A stretch of 64,000 nt of DNA from assembly GCA_018240745.1 (NCBI GenBank), contig JAFEFF010000210.1:8960-72959 (forward strand). The letters run 5' to 3'. The notes below the pieces were generated by a model. It made no database searches. It saw only the letters and a program-made list of their open reading frames with translations, and was not told where the DNA came from. Below, piece by piece: positions 19,621 through 28,316 of this stretch (positions are counted from its first letter, which is position 1; each line of letters opens with the position of its first letter). The translations under genes and the position numbers were made by a program. Source of the DNA: Pseudomonadota bacterium (GTDB taxonomy: Bacteria > Pseudomonadota > Alphaproteobacteria > Reyranellales > Reyranellaceae).

Positions 19621-20085
19621 ATGACCGACTGGAAGCATGACGGCGTGCGGGTGATTCCCGCGGGATCGCTCGACACCAACACGGCCCAGACCCCCGGCAT
19701 GAACCGCGCCGCGGCGATCAACTTCGCCCGCGTCGGCGCGCAGAAGCTGTGGGCCGGCACGGTGACCATCCATGCCCACGCCAAGACCGGCGCGCATCAT
19801 CACGGCCATCTCGAGAGCGTGATCTACGTCGTCAAGGGCAAGGCGCGCATGCGCTGGGGCGACCACCTCCAGTTCGTCGCCGAGGCCGGGCCGGGCGACT
19901 TCATCTACGTGCCGCCCTACGTGCCGCACCAGGAGATCAACGCCTCCGACACCGAGCCGCTGGAATGCGTGCTGGTCCGCTCCGACAACGAGGCGGTCGC
20001 GATCAACATCGACATCGAGCCGGCCGAGAAGCCGGAGACGGTGTACTGGGTCGATCCCACGCACCCCCATCCGCACAAGCATTAG
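19621..20085 (+). CDS. cupin domain protein
   Basis: 154 aa with cupin motifs (GAHHHGHLESVIYVVKGK ... GDFIYVPPYVPHQEIN). Confidence 0.8.
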   Translation: MTDWKHDGVRVIPAGSLDTNTAQTPGMNRAAAINFARVGAQKLWAGTVTIHAHAKTGAHHHGHLESVIYVVKGKARMRWGDHLQFVAEAGPGDFIYVPPYVPHQEINASDTEPLECVLVRSDNEAVAINIDIEPAEKPETVYWVDPTHPHPHKH

Positions 20086-20490
20086 CTACCGGGTGGCGTC
20101 CTGCCGCTGCAGGTTGCCCGGCCATTCGAGAATTGATCGATCGGCCGTTAGCAAGATTGCGTCTTCCGCCAACGCTGAAGCCATGATGATCCGATCGATC
20201 GGATCACCGTGCAGATTGTCGAATTCGGATGCTCGCACCGCGACTTCGGCGGACAATCCGACCTCTCGCACCCCGAGAGCCAGAATGTGGCGCCGCCATT
20301 CCCGAACATCAGCCAGGGCCGCCAGTCGATCCCGCATGACTGCTCTCCCGACTTCGTAGAAGACGGCGGTTGGGACGATTAGTTCATTTGCGGCGAGAGC
20401 CGCGTCGCAACTTCGCCTTGCCAGCCTTCCGAGCCTCGGGACCTGCTCGGTCATCCACAGGATCGTGTGTGTATCGAGCAGGAGGGTCAT
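20086..20490 (-). CDS. vapC: type II toxin, PIN-domain (VapC-like)
   Basis: 134 aa from the ATG at 20490 (MTLLLDTHTILW...), with PIN acidic residues (LLDTH, ...DPIDRII...LLTAD). The longer track ORF is an upstream extension. Confidence 0.85.
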   Translation of the reverse strand: MTLLLDTHTILWMTEQVPRLGRLARRSCDAALAANELIVPTAVFYEVGRAVMRDRLAALADVREWRRHILALGVREVGLSAEVAVRASEFDNLHGDPIDRIIMASALAEDAILLTADRSILEWPGNLQRQDATR

Positions 20491-20746
20491 CGAATTTTCC
20501 GGTGATGTTCCGCCATTCGCGGTCCTCGTCGTAGTCCATATCGATCGGCCCAACGATGTCGCCGAGGATCTTGAAGGTACCCTTGGTCGCGCCCCAGAGC
20601 GTCTTTGGCTTCTCGCGCACGGCAACGATCTGGACCTTGGCCTTGCCGCGCTTGGTGACGGTGAGCGGCTGGCCGGTCTCGGCGACCTCGTCGATCAGGG
20701 CGAGGCAGCGCGCCTTGAAGGCGGCGGCATTGATCTTGCGGTCCAT
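20384..20746 (-). CDS. type II antitoxin, Phd/YefM family (3' end uncertain)
   Basis: The N-terminus MDRKINAAAFKARCLALIDEVAETGQPLTVTKRGKAKV is typical of a Phd-type antitoxin. The ORF as read runs 107 nt into vapC with an Arg/Lys-rich tail. Confidence 0.75.
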   Translation of the reverse strand: MDRKINAAAFKARCLALIDEVAETGQPLTVTKRGKAKVQIVAVREKPKTLWGATKGTFKILGDIVGPIDMDYDEDREWRNITGKFDDPPARYTHDPVDDRAGPEARKAGKAKLRRGSRRK

Positions 20747-20759
20747 GGCGAAATCCTAT

Positions 20760-20780
20760 GTGACCATATTATATGGTCAC
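20760..20780. promoter_or_regulatory. perfect palindrome, putative TA operator
   Basis: GTGACCATAT-T-ATATGGTCAC begins 14 nt upstream of the antitoxin ATG (20746). Confidence 0.55.
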
Positions 20781-20793
20781 TTTGCCGAAACCT

Positions 20794-21405
20794 TCAACCC
20801 GCCGCGCGCACCTCGGCCGAACGGTCCCACAGGTTGGGCACGACCTTGTTGGTGTAGCCCGACACGAACAGGTTGGGCTTGCCGCTTTCCGGATCGAAGG
20901 TGTAGCGGCGGATCGCGCCGATATTGCCGCCATAGACGTGGATGCTGATCGAGCCGGTGTCGGCCAGCGCGTTGGTCACCTGGTGGATGTCGCCGACCTC
21001 GGGCCGCAGCTTCTCGACATCGCCCGGCGCCAGCGTCGCGCAGGGGCCCAGGCTCAGCAGCCCGGTCTTCTCGTCGCGCACGAAGGCCTGTGAGGTCTCC
21101 GAGCCGCGCAGCATGCCGACCAGGCCCCACACCTGGTGGTCGTGCACCGGCGTCTTGGCGTTGGGCGCCCAGACGAAGCTCACCACCGAGAAGCGCTCGA
21201 ACGGATCGCACCACAGGAGGTTCTGCGCGTAGCCGTGCGGCGGGCATTCGGCCATCGCCTCGGGCAGCCAGTCGTCCTGGCTCACGAGCTCGCCCAGCAG
21301 CCTGGCGCCGACCTCGACCGAGACCGCCGGGTCGTTGTCCTGCCACGCGCCGCCGACGAGCGAGGTCATGTCGCCGATGAAGCGGCGGAGGCGTGCAGTG
21401 TTCAT
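20794..21405 (-). CDS. cysteine dioxygenase type I-like / thiol dioxygenase (cupin)
   Basis: 203 aa with FVWAPNAKTPVHDHQVWGLVGMLRG...GDIHQVTNA...ISIHVYG, the bacterial CDO/3-mercaptopropionate dioxygenase pattern. Confidence 0.75.
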   Translation of the reverse strand: MNTARLRRFIGDMTSLVGGAWQDNDPAVSVEVGARLLGELVSQDDWLPEAMAECPPHGYAQNLLWCDPFERFSVVSFVWAPNAKTPVHDHQVWGLVGMLRGSETSQAFVRDEKTGLLSLGPCATLAPGDVEKLRPEVGDIHQVTNALADTGSISIHVYGGNIGAIRRYTFDPESGKPNLFVSGYTNKVVPNLWDRSAEVRAAG

Positions 21406-23336
21406 TGCCTGGCTCTCATCGGTTGGCCCTCATCGGTTGGCCCTCTTCGGTTGGCCATGTCCTGCTGGTTGTAGCGCGGCCATTCGTGCGCCGCGATCTG
21501 GTCGAGCGACGGTGTCGGCTGGCCGAACCGGATGCGGTACATCCAGTAATTGGCCAGCACGCGGTGCACGAAGTCGCGTGTCTCGTTGAGCGGGATGGTG
21601 GCGATGTACAGGAGAGGATCCGCCGACGCGTTCAGCGTGCTGTCCCAGCGCAGCACGTTGCCCGGCCCGCCATTGTAGGCCGCGACCGCGCGCACCAAGT
21701 TGTCGTCGACCTCGTTCAGCAGCGAGGTGATGTAAGCCTGGCCCAACGACATGTTGACCGACGGATCCCACGGATCGCCGCCCGCGGTCTCCGGCGCGAA
21801 CTTGTTGGTCACGATCCGCGCCGTGCCCGGCATCAGCTGCATCAGGCCCATCGCGCCGACGAAGGAGCGCGCCTTGGGATTGAACGCCGATTCCTGGCGC
21901 ATGAAGGCGTAGACCAGCGCCTTGTCGAGCGTGAAGCCCTGCATCGGCTGCCACGGCGGCATCGGATACATCGCCGCATCGTAGCCCGCGATCTTGTCGC
22001 GCTGGTCCCACGCCGCGTTGCCGACCTGGATCGCGAGGCTCGGCAGGTTCGCCTTCAGCGCGATCGCGAGGATCGATTCGATGTACTTGGGATCGGCGTC
22101 GAGCGAGGCGGCAAACAGCTCGCGCTGCGCGGCGGTCGCGGCGCCGAGCTGGAACAGCGCCAGCGCGCGGCGGCCGGCGCGGTCGTTCTGCAGCATGTCG
22201 GCGCGGCGGCGGTCGATCTGCGGCGTCGCCAGATCGGGCACGATCTGCATGCCGAGCATGCGCTGGGCGATCAGGCCGTGGAAGGTGCGGCTATGCAGGG
22301 CGGCGCGCTTGAGATAGGGCGCGAACTTCTGAGGGCTGCCGGCCAGCAGGTTGGTGCGGGCGGCCCAGAAGGCGCCGGCAGCGAGCGTCCACGACGAGAC
22401 CTGGTCGGGCGGCGCGTCGGCCACCAGCTCGAAGCGGCGCGCGGCCTCGGCCATGTTGCCGCCCTGGAAAGCCGAAATGCCTGCGGCCCAGTTGGCGTCG
22501 GGCGGCGCGCTGACATCGACCGGGACCTGCAGGCCGCGCTGCGAATCGGCCTCGAGCGCGTGGGTGCGGATGCGGCCGCGCCACAGCTCGACCTCGGGCG
22601 CGCCGAGCAACTCGACCGTCGCTTTCTTGTCGAGTAGCGCAAAGGCTGCGTTGAAGCCGCCATCTTCGACCATCTGCTGCAAGCGGGCGCGCAGTGCGGC
22701 GGCGCGCGCGGCATCGCCGCCGGTCACCGTGCGCGCCGCAGCGAACGTGGGCGAGGGCTGCACGAACCCGACGAAGCTCGCCGGCGTGAGGTCGCCTGCG
22801 CCCTTGGGCCGCCGGCTCACCGCGAGCTTGTAGATCGCCGGCGCATCGGGATGGTCGTTGTAGTCCTGCAGCCAGGCCGCAAGCTGGTCGTACGATGCCT
22901 GGTAGCCATGGCTCAGCAGCCGCTGGGCGCCGACATAGCCCATCAGCGTCTTGTCCTTGAGCTGGGCGATCTCGGCGTCGGCCGCGGCCCACTGGCCGGC
23001 CGCCTGCGCCTGGAAGATGCGGCGGTAGCGGTCGCGCTCCTCGTCGCTCAGCGCCCTGGGCAGGTCGGGCGGCGCGATCTCGTCGAGCTCGATGACCGGC
23101 GGCGGCGGCACGAACACCGGACGGCGGACCACCGGATGGTGCGCGGCCGCATGGTGCGCGGCCGGATGGGCCGCGGGGGCCGGATGAGCCGCATGGGGCG
23201 CCGGCCTGGACACCATGGCGACCGGCTTGGCCGCCGAGGACGGCTTGTGCGGCGGCTTGGCGGGCGTCTGGGCATAGGTGGAAGCAGCGATCGTGGCCAG
23301 CACCCCCGCCAGCACCAGAGGCACGAACTGTTTCAT
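21402..23336 (-). CDS. lytic transglycosylase (Slt70-like, SLT domain)
   Basis: 644 aa from the ATG at 23336, with a signal peptide (MKQFVPLVLAGVLATIAASTYAQ). It has a superhelical N-region and an SLT catalytic region (FMRQESAFNP...GLMQLMPGTA...AYNGGPGNV). The track ORF extending to 24074 is an artefactual extension. Confidence 0.85.
   Translation of the reverse strand: MKQFVPLVLAGVLATIAASTYAQTPAKPPHKPSSAAKPVAMVSRPAPHAAHPAPAAHPAAHHAAAHHPVVRRPVFVPPPPVIELDEIAPPDLPRALSDEERDRYRRIFQAQAAGQWAAADAEIAQLKDKTLMGYVGAQRLLSHGYQASYDQLAAWLQDYNDHPDAPAIYKLAVSRRPKGAGDLTPASFVGFVQPSPTFAAARTVTGGDAARAAALRARLQQMVEDGGFNAAFALLDKKATVELLGAPEVELWRGRIRTHALEADSQRGLQVPVDVSAPPDANWAAGISAFQGGNMAEAARRFELVADAPPDQVSSWTLAAGAFWAARTNLLAGSPQKFAPYLKRAALHSRTFHGLIAQRMLGMQIVPDLATPQIDRRRADMLQNDRAGRRALALFQLGAATAAQRELFAASLDADPKYIESILAIALKANLPSLAIQVGNAAWDQRDKIAGYDAAMYPMPPWQPMQGFTLDKALVYAFMRQESAFNPKARSFVGAMGLMQLMPGTARIVTNKFAPETAGGDPWDPSVNMSLGQAYITSLLNEVDDNLVRAVAAYNGGPGNVLRWDSTLNASADPLLYIATIPLNETRDFVHRVLANYWMYRIRFGQPTPSLDQIAAHEWPRYNQQDMANRRGPTDEGQPMRARQ
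21415..21456. repeat. 14-bp tandem repeat x3 inside the 3' end of the lytic transglycosylase gene
   Basis: CTCATCGGTTGGCC / CTCATCGGTTGGCC / CTCTTCGGTTGGCC. The three units are read in three different frames as ANRR-GPTDE-GQPMR. Confidence 0.9.
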
Positions 23337-23387
23337 GGGCGCCAACCTAAGCGGCGGGCCGCTATACTGCAACCAACGGAGGACCCC

Positions 23388-24998
23388 ATGAGTGTGGATC
23401 GAGCGCTGTCGGTGCAGCAGGTCAAGACGATGCTGAAGTCGGGCGAGGTGTTCGCCTTCTTCGACGTGCGCGAGGAGGGAGAGTTCTCGACCAGGGGCCA
23501 TCCGCTGTTCGCCACGCCCCTGCCGCTCTCCCGCCTCGAGCCGCGCGCCTTCGCGCTGCTGCCCGATCCGGCGACGCGCATCGTGCTGATGGACAGCGGC
23601 GAGGAAGGCGACAACGGGCGCGCGGCCCGGGCGGCCGCGAAGCTCGGGCAGATGGGCTACGGCAACGTTGCGGTGATGAGCGGCGGGCTGAAGGCGTGGC
23701 GGGACGCGGGCCACGAAGTCTTCACCGGCGTCAACGTGCCGAGCAAGGCGTTCGGCGAGGTGGTGGAGCACGACAACGACACGCCCCGCATCGACGCCGC
23801 CGACCTGCAGAAGCTGCTCGATGCGAAGACCGACATGGTGATCCTCGATTCGCGGCCGATGCCGGAGTTCAACAACATGTCGATCCCGGGTGGCGTCGAC
23901 TGCCCCGGCGCCGAGCTGGTCTATCGCGTGAAGGACTTCGCGCCCAACCCGAACACGCTCGTCGTGGTGAACTGCGCCGGCCGCACGCGCTCGATCATCG
24001 GGGCGCAGTCGCTGATCAATGCCGGCCTGCCGAACAAGGTGATGGCGCTGAAGAACGGCACGATGGGCTGGCATCTCGCCGGCCTGAAGGTTGCGCGCGG
24101 AGAAACCAGGTCATTCGGCCCGCAGGGACCGGACGCCGCGAAGTTCGCTCAAGGCGCGGCGGCGGCGATCGCGCAGCGCATGGGCATCAGGAAGATCGAC
24201 ATGGCGGGCCTGAAGGCGCTCGAGGCCAAAGGCGGCCCGCTCTACAGGCTCGATGTGCGCGATCCATCGGAATACGCGCAGGGACATCTCCGTGGCTTCC
24301 GCCACGCCGCCGGCGGCCAGCTCGTGCAGGCGACCGACCAGTATATCGGCGCCCGCAACGCCACCATCGTGCTGCACGACAATGACGGCGTGCGCGCGAC
24401 CATGACCGCGCACTGGCTGCTGCAGATGGGTTGGAAGAACACCTATGTGCTCGACCACAAGCCGGCGGCAAGCGAGCTCACCACCGAGGCCGAGCCGCGC
24501 TTCCCCAAGGGGTTCGCAATGCCGAAGCCCGCGACGGTCAGCGCGGCCGAGTTGAACGCTTCGCTCGAGGCCACTCTGGTGATCGATCTCGACACCAGCC
24601 TGCGCTATCGCGACGGACACGTGCCGGGCGCGTGGTTCGCGGTGCGCGCCGGACTCGCGAAATCGATTCCCGGGATGGTGAAGCAACAGGCCGGTGCCAG
24701 GCGCATCGTGCTGGTCTCGCCCGACGGCGAGATCGCGGCGCTCGCGGCGCAGGAAGCGGCGGGCCATCTGCCGGTCGCGGTCCTGGCCGGCGGCATGAAG
24801 GCGTGGCGCGACGCGAAGCTGCCGGTGGAAACCGGCCACACCCGGATGGCCGATCCGCCGACCGACGTCTGGTACCGTCCCTACGACTTCAAGGAGGATG
24901 TCGAGGCGGCGATGCGGCAGTACCTCGACTGGGAGGTCGATCTCGTCCCGCAGGTGAAGCGTGACGGCGACGCCACCTTCACGGTCTTCAAACGTTGA
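23388..24998 (+). CDS. multi-domain rhodanese-like sulfurtransferase
   Basis: 536 aa from the ATG at 23388 with about four rhodanese-like modules. One has an active-site loop (NCAGRTRS); the others appear to lack the Cys. Confidence 0.8.
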   Translation: MSVDRALSVQQVKTMLKSGEVFAFFDVREEGEFSTRGHPLFATPLPLSRLEPRAFALLPDPATRIVLMDSGEEGDNGRAARAAAKLGQMGYGNVAVMSGGLKAWRDAGHEVFTGVNVPSKAFGEVVEHDNDTPRIDAADLQKLLDAKTDMVILDSRPMPEFNNMSIPGGVDCPGAELVYRVKDFAPNPNTLVVVNCAGRTRSIIGAQSLINAGLPNKVMALKNGTMGWHLAGLKVARGETRSFGPQGPDAAKFAQGAAAAIAQRMGIRKIDMAGLKALEAKGGPLYRLDVRDPSEYAQGHLRGFRHAAGGQLVQATDQYIGARNATIVLHDNDGVRATMTAHWLLQMGWKNTYVLDHKPAASELTTEAEPRFPKGFAMPKPATVSAAELNASLEATLVIDLDTSLRYRDGHVPGAWFAVRAGLAKSIPGMVKQQAGARRIVLVSPDGEIAALAAQEAAGHLPVAVLAGGMKAWRDAKLPVETGHTRMADPPTDVWYRPYDFKEDVEAAMRQYLDWEVDLVPQVKRDGDATFTVFKR

Positions 24999-25051
24999 AA
25001 AGCCAGCGCCGCAAGGGCTTAACTACCTGATAGGTAAAGGGAATCGCTTCC

Positions 25052-25411
25052 TTGACACCGTCGGACCCACCCCCTAGACATCCGGCCGCCGATCCCGAGG
25101 CCGACCGCCGGCGGATCGACGAGCTCCAGGCGCAGCTTAAAAAGGCACGCGGGACCGTCGAAAAACCCCGCGAATCGTCCGCGGTGTCGCACCGCCAGAC
25201 CGCGATTGCGTATCGTGTGTTGGTGGATATGATCGCGGGCCTTTTGGTCGGGGGGTTCCTTGGCTATTGGCTCGACCGCTGGTTGGGTTGGGCGCCGTTT
25301 GCCTTGATCGGCGGCCTGATCGTGGGCTTCGCCGCCGGCGTCAACAATGCATGGCGCGCCATCCGGGCCTTCTCGGAAGACGCGGCCAAAGGGGGAGATC
25401 GCTTCCCCTGA
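25052..25411 (+). CDS. atpI: ATP synthase protein I (AtpI/AtpZ-like)
   Basis: 119 aa with two TM helices ([22 protein letters not shown]...[12 protein letters not shown]). It is the first gene of the F0 operon. Confidence 0.75.
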   Translation: MTPSDPPPRHPAADPEADRRRIDELQAQLKKARGTVEKPRESSAVSHRQTAIAYRVLVDMIAGLLVGGFLGYWLDRWLGWAPFALIGGLIVGFAAGVNNAWRAIRAFSEDAAKGGDRFP

Positions 25412-25429
25412 GAGTGGAGTGGGGACGAC

Positions 25430-26158
25430 ATGCACAGCCCGATGGAGCAGTTCGAGATCAAGCGGCTGCTCGATTTCCATATCGGTTCGCTCGACGCCTC
25501 GTACACCAATTCCGCCCTCTGGATGACCATCGCCGTCATCCTCGCCTTCCTGCTTTTCGTCGTCGGCACGCAGAAGAAGGCCCTGATCCCGGGCCGCACC
25601 CAGGCGATGGCCGAGCTGGGCTACGAATTCGTCGCCGGCATGCTGCGCGACAACGTCGGCGAGGCCGGCAAGAAGTACTTCCCGTTCGTCCTGACGCTGT
25701 TCGTCTTCATCCTGTTCTGCAATGTGCTGGGCCTGGTGCCCTACTCGTTCACGCCGACCAGCCATATCATCGTCACCTTCGCCATGGCGGCGGTCGTGTT
25801 CGTCGGCGTCACGGTGATCGGCTTCGCCCGCCATGGCGCGCATTTCCTGACCTTCTTCGTGCCGTCGGGCGTACCGCTCTGGCTGCTGGTCATCCTGGTG
25901 CCGATCGAGATCATCTCCTACTTCGTCCGCCCCTTCAGCCTTTCGATCCGACTGTTCGCCAACATGCTGGCGGGCCACACCATGCTGAAGGTGTTCGGCG
26001 GCTTCGTGGTGATGATGGGCGTCCTGGGTGGCTGGGCGCCGCTCGCCTTCATCGTCATCCTGACCGGCCTCGAGCTGCTGATCGCTTTCCTGCAGGCCTA
26101 CGTCTTCGCCATCCTGACCTGCCTCTATCTCAACGACGCCATCCATCTGCATCACTGA
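25430..26158 (+). CDS. atpB: F0F1 ATP synthase subunit a
   Basis: 242 aa with the conserved [13 protein letters not shown] motif. Confidence 0.95.
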   Translation: MHSPMEQFEIKRLLDFHIGSLDASYTNSALWMTIAVILAFLLFVVGTQKKALIPGRTQAMAELGYEFVAGMLRDNVGEAGKKYFPFVLTLFVFILFCNVLGLVPYSFTPTSHIIVTFAMAAVVFVGVTVIGFARHGAHFLTFFVPSGVPLWLLVILVPIEIISYFVRPFSLSIRLFANMLAGHTMLKVFGGFVVMMGVLGGWAPLAFIVILTGLELLIAFLQAYVFAILTCLYLNDAIHLHH

Positions 26159-26175
26159 AGGAAGGACTTAGTACC

Positions 26176-26403
26176 ATGGACGCTTCTGCAGCCAAGCTCA
26201 TCGGCGCCGGCCTCGCCACGATCGCCCTCGCCGGCGTGGGCGTTGGCATCGGCAATATCTTCGGCAGCTTCGTCTCGGGCGCTCTGCGCAACCCCGAGGC
26301 CGCTCCCCGCGTGTTCGGCAACGTGCTCCTGGGCTTCGCGCTCACGGAAGCCGTGGCGCTGTTCGCGCTGGTCATCGCCTTCATGATCCTGTTCGTGTTC
26401 TGA
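26176..26403 (+). CDS. atpE: F0F1 ATP synthase subunit c
   Basis: 75 aa forming a hairpin with [15 protein letters not shown] and [15 protein letters not shown]. Confidence 0.95.
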   Translation: MDASAAKLIGAGLATIALAGVGVGIGNIFGSFVSGALRNPEAAPRVFGNVLLGFALTEAVALFALVIAFMILFVF

Positions 26404-26429
26404 GCCGCAAAGGCTTGGGACTGAGCATC

Positions 26430-27014
26430 ATGCGCAAACCGGTCTACAGCATGCTGGCGGCGGCCCTCGTCGCCGGCGCCAGCAGGGCGGCGATGGCCGA
26501 AAGCGGCGGCATGCCCCAGCTGAACTTCCACGACTTCGCGCCCCAGGTCGTCTGGCTGGTGATCTCTTTCGTGGTGCTGTACCTGGTGATGTCGAAGCTC
26601 GCGATTCCGACGATCTCCGACACGCTCGAGAGGCGCCAGGGCAGGATCCAGAGTGACCTCGACGCCGCCGAGAAGGCGAGCGAAGAGACCCGCGCGCTGG
26701 TCGCCGCCTACGAGAAGCGCCTCGCCGACGCCCGCGAGCAGGCTCGCCGGCTGCATCGCGAGCAGGCCGAGGCCGACAGCGCCGCCGCCTCCGCCAGGCT
26801 GACCGAGCTCGGCAACGCGCTCAACGCGCGCATCGACGAGGCCGAGAAGCGCATCGCCGGGCAGCGCGCCCAGGTGGTGGAGGGTCTCGAGGACATGGCG
26901 CACGACATCGCGGCCGAGGTCTACAGCAAGGTCTCCGGCCAGCCGGCCGACGGAACCGCGCTGCGGGCCAAGGTCGCCGCCGCCCATTCCGGTAAGAATG
27001 GGGGAGGCCGCTGA
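26430..27014 (+). CDS. atpF2: F0F1 ATP synthase subunit b' (start could be TTG 26415)
   Basis: One N-terminal TM segment followed by a long charged helix (DLDAAEKASEETRALVAAYEKRLADAREQA). Its position before atpF is as in alphaproteobacterial F0 operons. Confidence 0.8.
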   Translation: MRKPVYSMLAAALVAGASRAAMAESGGMPQLNFHDFAPQVVWLVISFVVLYLVMSKLAIPTISDTLERRQGRIQSDLDAAEKASEETRALVAAYEKRLADAREQARRLHREQAEADSAAASARLTELGNALNARIDEAEKRIAGQRAQVVEGLEDMAHDIAAEVYSKVSGQPADGTALRAKVAAAHSGKNGGGR

Positions 27015-27556
27015 TGGGTAGCGCCTGGGCTGCCGACAAGGCCGCGCAAGCTGCCGTTGAAGGTCAGGACGCCGGCTTCTTCGGCAATCCGGAGACCTGG
27101 GTCGCGATCGCCTTCCTGCTGTTCGTGGCCCTGCTGGGCAAGATCCTGTGGACCCGCCTCACCGCCCTGCTCGACAAGCGCTCGGCGACGATCGCCGCCG
27201 CCCTGGCAGATGCCGAGCGGCTGCGCAGCGAGGCTCTCGCCGCCAAGGCCGCGGCCGAGCAGACGCTCGCGCAGGCCACGGCCGAAGCCGAGGGCATCCT
27301 GGGCAACGCCCGCGAGGAAGTGAGCCGCATGCAGGCGCGCGCCGCGCAGAGCCTGCAGAACGCGATCGCGCTGCGCGAGCAGCAGGCGCTCGACCGCATC
27401 GCCCAGAGCGAGGCGGCAGCCGCCAAGCAGGTGCGTGACATGGCGGTCGACACCGCGCTCACCGCCACCCGCAGCCTGCTGCGCGACCAGGTCGGCTCGG
27501 GCAAGTCGAACGACGTCGACCAGGCGATCGCCGAACTGCCGCGCCGCCTGCACTGA
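27014..27556 (+). CDS. atpF: F0F1 ATP synthase subunit b
   Basis: 180 aa with a single TM segment (WVAIAFLLFVALLGK) plus a coiled-coil stalk. The ATG overlaps the b' stop. Confidence 0.85.
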   Translation: MGSAWAADKAAQAAVEGQDAGFFGNPETWVAIAFLLFVALLGKILWTRLTALLDKRSATIAAALADAERLRSEALAAKAAAEQTLAQATAEAEGILGNAREEVSRMQARAAQSLQNAIALREQQALDRIAQSEAAAAKQVRDMAVDTALTATRSLLRDQVGSGKSNDVDQAIAELPRRLH

Positions 27557-27604
27557 GCGTTCAACCGGGATTGCCCGCACCATAACAATCGCGGGCTACC
27601 TGTG

Positions 27605-27635
27605 GCCCCCGCCTCCCGGCGGGGGCTTTTCTTTT
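27605..27635 (+). terminator. rho-independent terminator of the F0 operon
   Basis: GCCCCCGCC-TCCC-GGCGGGGGC followed by TTTTCTTTT. Confidence 0.7.
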
Positions 27636-27682
27636 GCCGCCATCGCGCTCAGGCTCTGCCACGCACAATGCCGGGAGGATTC

Positions 27683-28204
27683 ATGGCCAACATCACGGTC
27701 GCCCAGTTCCGCGACGTCGCCGGTGGCCTGCAACCGGGCCAGTTCGGCATCGGCGACAGGGTCAAGATCAAGGGCCTTTCCAGCCTCGATCCCATCTACA
27801 AGGCGCTGCTCGACCGGCCGATCACCGTCACGCTCGGCCTGATCGGGCCGGACGGCAGCGTCGGGCTGACGCCGATGTGGTTCGACTACGAGGGCGACCA
27901 GGTCCTGGTGAACACCGCCTCGCACCGCAGGAAGTGCGATTGGATCCGCAAGAGCCCGCGCTTCACCATCCTGATCGTCAATCCCGAGAACGCCTATCAC
28001 TGGGTCCAGCTCAAGTGCTCGGTCGACCACGAGGAGCGCGAATGGGAGCCGGGCGGCGAGCGGGTGACGCGCCAGCTCGACAAGATCTGGACCAAGTACA
28101 CCGGCAATCAGCCGCCCTACGGGCTGCGCGATCCGGCGATCGACGAGAAGCGCGTGCTGTTCGTCTGCAACGTCGACCGCATCGCGACCTTCGGCAAGCC
28201 GTGA
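27683..28204 (+). CDS. pyridoxamine 5'-phosphate oxidase (PPOX) family protein
   Basis: 173 aa from the ATG at 27683 (GGGAGGA Shine-Dalgarno upstream), with ITVTLGLIGPDGSVGLTPMWFDYEGDQVLVNTASHRRK. This indicates a split-barrel flavin/deazaflavin-binding fold. Confidence 0.75.
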   Translation: MANITVAQFRDVAGGLQPGQFGIGDRVKIKGLSSLDPIYKALLDRPITVTLGLIGPDGSVGLTPMWFDYEGDQVLVNTASHRRKCDWIRKSPRFTILIVNPENAYHWVQLKCSVDHEEREWEPGGERVTRQLDKIWTKYTGNQPPYGLRDPAIDEKRVLFVCNVDRIATFGKP

Positions 28205-28211
28205 GGGATCA

Positions 28212-28310
28212 GACTCTTCCGGACCGCGGGCCTCCAGGCCCGCTCATGAGCCCGAGCGAGCCGGAGCCTTCGGCTCCGCTCAGGCCAGGGGCTCGCGGTC
28301 CGGAAGAAAA
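28212..28310. repeat. REP-like complex palindromic element (same family as the inner part of 10896-11049)
   Basis: The outer stem pairs CTTCCGGACCGCG (28216-28228) with CGCGGTCCGGAAG (28295-28307). It shares GGACCGCG.GCCTCC and GAGCGAGCCGGAG with the 10948-11004 element. Confidence 0.7.
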
Positions 28311-28316
28311 TGAACT

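Noticed and set aside
21402-24074. 890-aa version of the lytic transglycosylase ORF
   Set aside because: The upstream 246 codons overlap the rhodanese gene on the opposite strand and look like noise. A signal peptide begins at the internal ATG at 23336.
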